Below are positions 60,679 to 64,000 of a stretch of DNA of 64,000 nucleotides, piece after piece. The position numbers and the translations under genes are program-made. The DNA lies in NCBI RefSeq assembly GCF_004010195.1, contig NC_057750.1, forward strand, positions 1,159,768 through 1,223,767. Reading direction: 5' to 3'. This stretch comes from Chiloscyllium plagiosum (Eukaryota). Position 1 is the stretch's first letter. Each line of letters opens with the position of its first letter. Under the pieces are notes generated by a model. It did no database searches and was not told where the DNA came from. It saw only the letters and a list, made by a program, of their open reading frames with translations.

Positions 60679-62299
60679 TCTGTTTAGCATATGTTTCTGT
60701 AATGCAAGCAAGCCATTGGGCCCATCAGTCACATGTCCAGTATTCATCCATTAGATTAGACAGCAAATATTACCCCAGGTTATTTGTCCACGTAGTGCAT
60801 CACAACAGTAATAAATAACAATTACCACTATTAGTAAATGTTAATCTAGTCTTTTTACAGGCTGTGCTTGTCAAACATCACAGCTGGCTTGAGCTGATCT
60901 CAAGTCACTGAGGATCCAATAACTCGATGGGCTGATTGGCCTCCTTCTGCTCCTACAGTGTAACATTGTACCAGCTGCTGTGGGGTGCCAGGCTCTCAGC
61001 TTGAATTGTTAGGAATGAAATCTCTGTGATTCCCATTGCTGAGGAGCCCCTGCCCTGTGAATGTGTGAGCTGCACCCTGTCCATCACTCTGTAAAGACAG
61101 AGCTCGGTAGCAATCTGGCCACTTGCTATTTCACACTGGAGCAACATGGGCTTTAAGAACAGGTCACTGCCTTTGAGCGAATGCAGTATCAGTAACGTGG
61201 TTCAAACTCTTCCTGAACACAGGAGAGTGAACCTGGTGAGCAGCAAAACACTCTCTTAATTGTTCTTTCAAACAAAGCAATTTAGTACCTCGTTATTGAC
61301 TGATCATTCTCAACGCAGGATATATGACTTTGAGGCATTTTAAACTGCTCCATTATTGCAAATATACATTTGTAATTTTTCAAACCAAAGCAGATTGTTC
61401 AAAGTCGGTTAGTTAATGAGATGTGTTTCTTGGATGTTGGACAGCAACTAATGGCATGGATTTCACGGGAGCAATTACAGAATGTTGGTTTAACAATAAT
61501 ATCTGTACTTGGCAAAATCACAAGTTGCAGTTTCAGTGTGGCAGGGTCGGAATGCTATAACTTCCTAACAGCACAGTGAGTCACCCAACATCATCCACTG
61601 TGGTTCAGGATGATAGTTCACCACCACCTCCTGAAGAATGGACAATAATATTGGCGTCACCAGTGGGATCCACATCCCAAAGGTGTGGAAAATATAACCG
61701 GCAAATGAGCAAAAACCCTCTGGATTTCATTGTTCAGCAACAACAAGGGAACTCAGTCAGGTATACAGTGGAGAAGGTTAAAGCAAGTCTCAGGGTAATG
61801 AGAATTCTGGCTGTTTCCATAGAGCAGGTCAGGAGAAACGATTTCAACCACCAGGGAGATTGGTAACCAGAGGACAAAGTTAAAGTCAATTGGCACAAAG
61901 AGCCAGAGGGGAGATAGAGAGAAACGTTTCCTTTTTCAGCAGCAAGGCGTGTGAGGTGGAAGCAGAGTTAATACTAATTTGCCGGAGGGAATTATAATTG
62001 AACTTGAGAAACAAGCGTTTGTCAGCCTGTCGGTTATGAGTAAGGGAATGAGATGAATTGCAAGGAACAAGCATGGGAATAATGGGCAGAAAGGCCTCGC
62101 TCTGGGTGCAACGGACGGGCTGTGGAAACGTTAGATTGGCTTTACTTGCATCCAGTAGAGTTTGGAACAGAAAGAGCTGGCTTGATGGAAACACGCAAGA
62201 TCCTGATGTGTCTTGACAGGGGTAGGGGGTATGATGGGGAGAAGATTGTGGACACTATAAAGCAAGGGTTCACCATTTAAACCTCAGGGGTCATCCATT

Positions 62300-62945
62300 T
62301 AGAGTCATAGAGTCAAACAGCACATAAACAGACCCTTCGGCCCAACAAGTCCATGCTGTCCATAGCCTCAAACCAAACTAGTCCCACTTGCCTACTCCTG
62401 GCCCATATCCCTTCAAACCTTTCCTATTCATGTCCTTATCCAAATGCCATTCAAATGTTATAACTGTACCCACATCCTCAGGAAGATCTTTTCACTCTCT
62501 GTGTAAAAAGGTCTCCTCTCATGTCTCTTCCTCAACTATTTCTCCTCTCGCCTTAAAAATATGCCCCTCGTCCTGAAATCCCCCACCCTAGGAAAGGACA
62601 CCTGCTGTTCACCTTATCTATGCCCCTCATTATTTTATAAACCTCTATAAGATCACCTCTCAACTTCTTATGCTCCAGTGAAAACATTCCTAGCTAACAC
62701 AGCCTGTCTTTATGACTCAAGCTCTCCATTCCTGGCAACATCCTGATAAATCTCTTCTGAGCTGAAAATGTGTTGCTGGAAAAGCGCAGCAGGTCAGGCA
62801 GCATCCAAGGAACAGGAGAATCAATGTTTCGGGCATAAGCCCTTCTTTAATCTCTTCTGAACCCTTTCCAGCTTAATAATATCCTTCCTGTAACTGGGCA
62901 ACCAGAACGCCCCAACTCCTATCCTCAAAGGTCTGAGGAATGAAG
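62300..62945 (-). mobile_element. CR1 3' fragment containing a family 1 unit (62761-62848)
   Basis: FWLPSYRKDIIKLERVQKR; 12-bp TSD aatctcttctga (62749, 62849) around the insert. Confidence 0.8.
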
Positions 62946-63214
62946 GTAGAGATTGGGAGAAGTAAAGGGTTATTTTATTATCTTGCTGGGCCCAACATGT
63001 GCCTAGTTGCCCCTTGAGACCATAAGAGAAGGTGGGGTTTAGCTGACTTCTTGAACCGCTGCAGTCCATGTGCTGTAGGCTGACCCACAATGCCGTGAGG
63101 GAGGGAATTCCTCAAACATTTGAACATTTTGAGGCTGTGGGAGCTGGATTGTCGATAAACAAGGTATTAGATGGGAATGTGGAATAATCACATAGCCACG
63201 ATCATGTTGGATGG

Positions 63215-63360
63215 TGGGGTGGTTAGCTCAGTTGGCTGCATAGCTGATTTGTAATACAGCATGATGCCAACACTGTGGGTTCAATCCCTACACTGGCGCC
63301 CCTTGCCTGTGATGACCCTCAGGTTAAACTCACCACCAATCATCTATCTCGGGGAGAGCA
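63215..63360 (+). mobile_element. tRNA-derived SINE, family C
   Basis: ggttagctcagttgg...gggttcaatccc...ccctcaggttaaactcaccacc; related copy at 31640-31757(-). Confidence 0.55.
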
Positions 63361-64000
63361 GGAATGATGGCATGGGCTGATTGGCCTAATTCATATGTTT
63401 GAATGAATGAATAATAGATTGACACATATATCTAGGGACATACGGTAAAAAAGGTTCTCTCGTCACAATCCTGTGCCATGTTGAGGTACAAAAGGGTAAA
63501 AAGGAAGTATTTAAATAGAGTCCACCTTCATCAGCCGAGCTCCCAAACATCGACCTGCTCCAGGCCTACCTCAGCCAGGAGTTTGTAACATTCTATACAT
63601 CAGTGTCAGCACTATGATGATAAAACATGTCATTCGATAAATTAACGTCAGTCCTACAGTGGTAATGTGACTTCTGAATACCACTTTCACCTCCCTTCCT
63701 GACTTCCAAAAAGACTGAATAATGAAATTCGCATGGTGAGACTCCATTCCACATAAATCCTGCATCTTCTAACTCATTGGAAAATCTTCATTTGTTTTTT
63801 CTCCCTGATTGTATTTTTATTTTGAAAGGTTATTCCCAGAGGGAAACACCGACATCTCCGAATCATTCCCAGAGGGAAATAGCATAGATGGAGTGGCCAA
63901 GTATCACTGACCATCTTTGATCCTGAATTATCGAGATGATTGTCTCTACTATGTTCTCAAATTGGTGGGAATTCTTAGGGTCTCATGAATTTCAATCAAA

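Overview
Eukaryotic, repeat-rich genomic DNA, most likely from an elasmobranch (shark); this is inferred from the HE1-type V-SINEs, CR1/HER1-like LINE tails and DeuSINE remnants. There are no prokaryotic genes, CRISPR arrays or intact long ORFs, and nearly all listed six-frame ORFs are spurious or transposon-derived. Contents: (1) a chain of short, phase-compatible candidate + strand exons (9719-41266, possibly to ~57500) of a spliced gene I cannot identify; (2) many CR1, Rex1/Babar and L2 fragments plus at least three tRNA-derived SINE families; (3) Penelope-like (GIY-YIG) remnants and about 20 short Penelope-derived units of several families, many fold-back and several flanked by target-site duplications, carrying minimal hammerhead-ribozyme motifs (CUGANGA-stem-GAAA); (4) minisatellites, local duplications and a 277-nt N gap. 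The most notable signals are the hammerhead-bearing hairpin mini-elements, a SINE that appears to be built from the 5' and 3' ends of an internally deleted LINE, and an array of 5' splice-site consensus motifs just upstream of a candidate exon. Repeat boundaries are approximate and family names come from motif recognition, not database searches.
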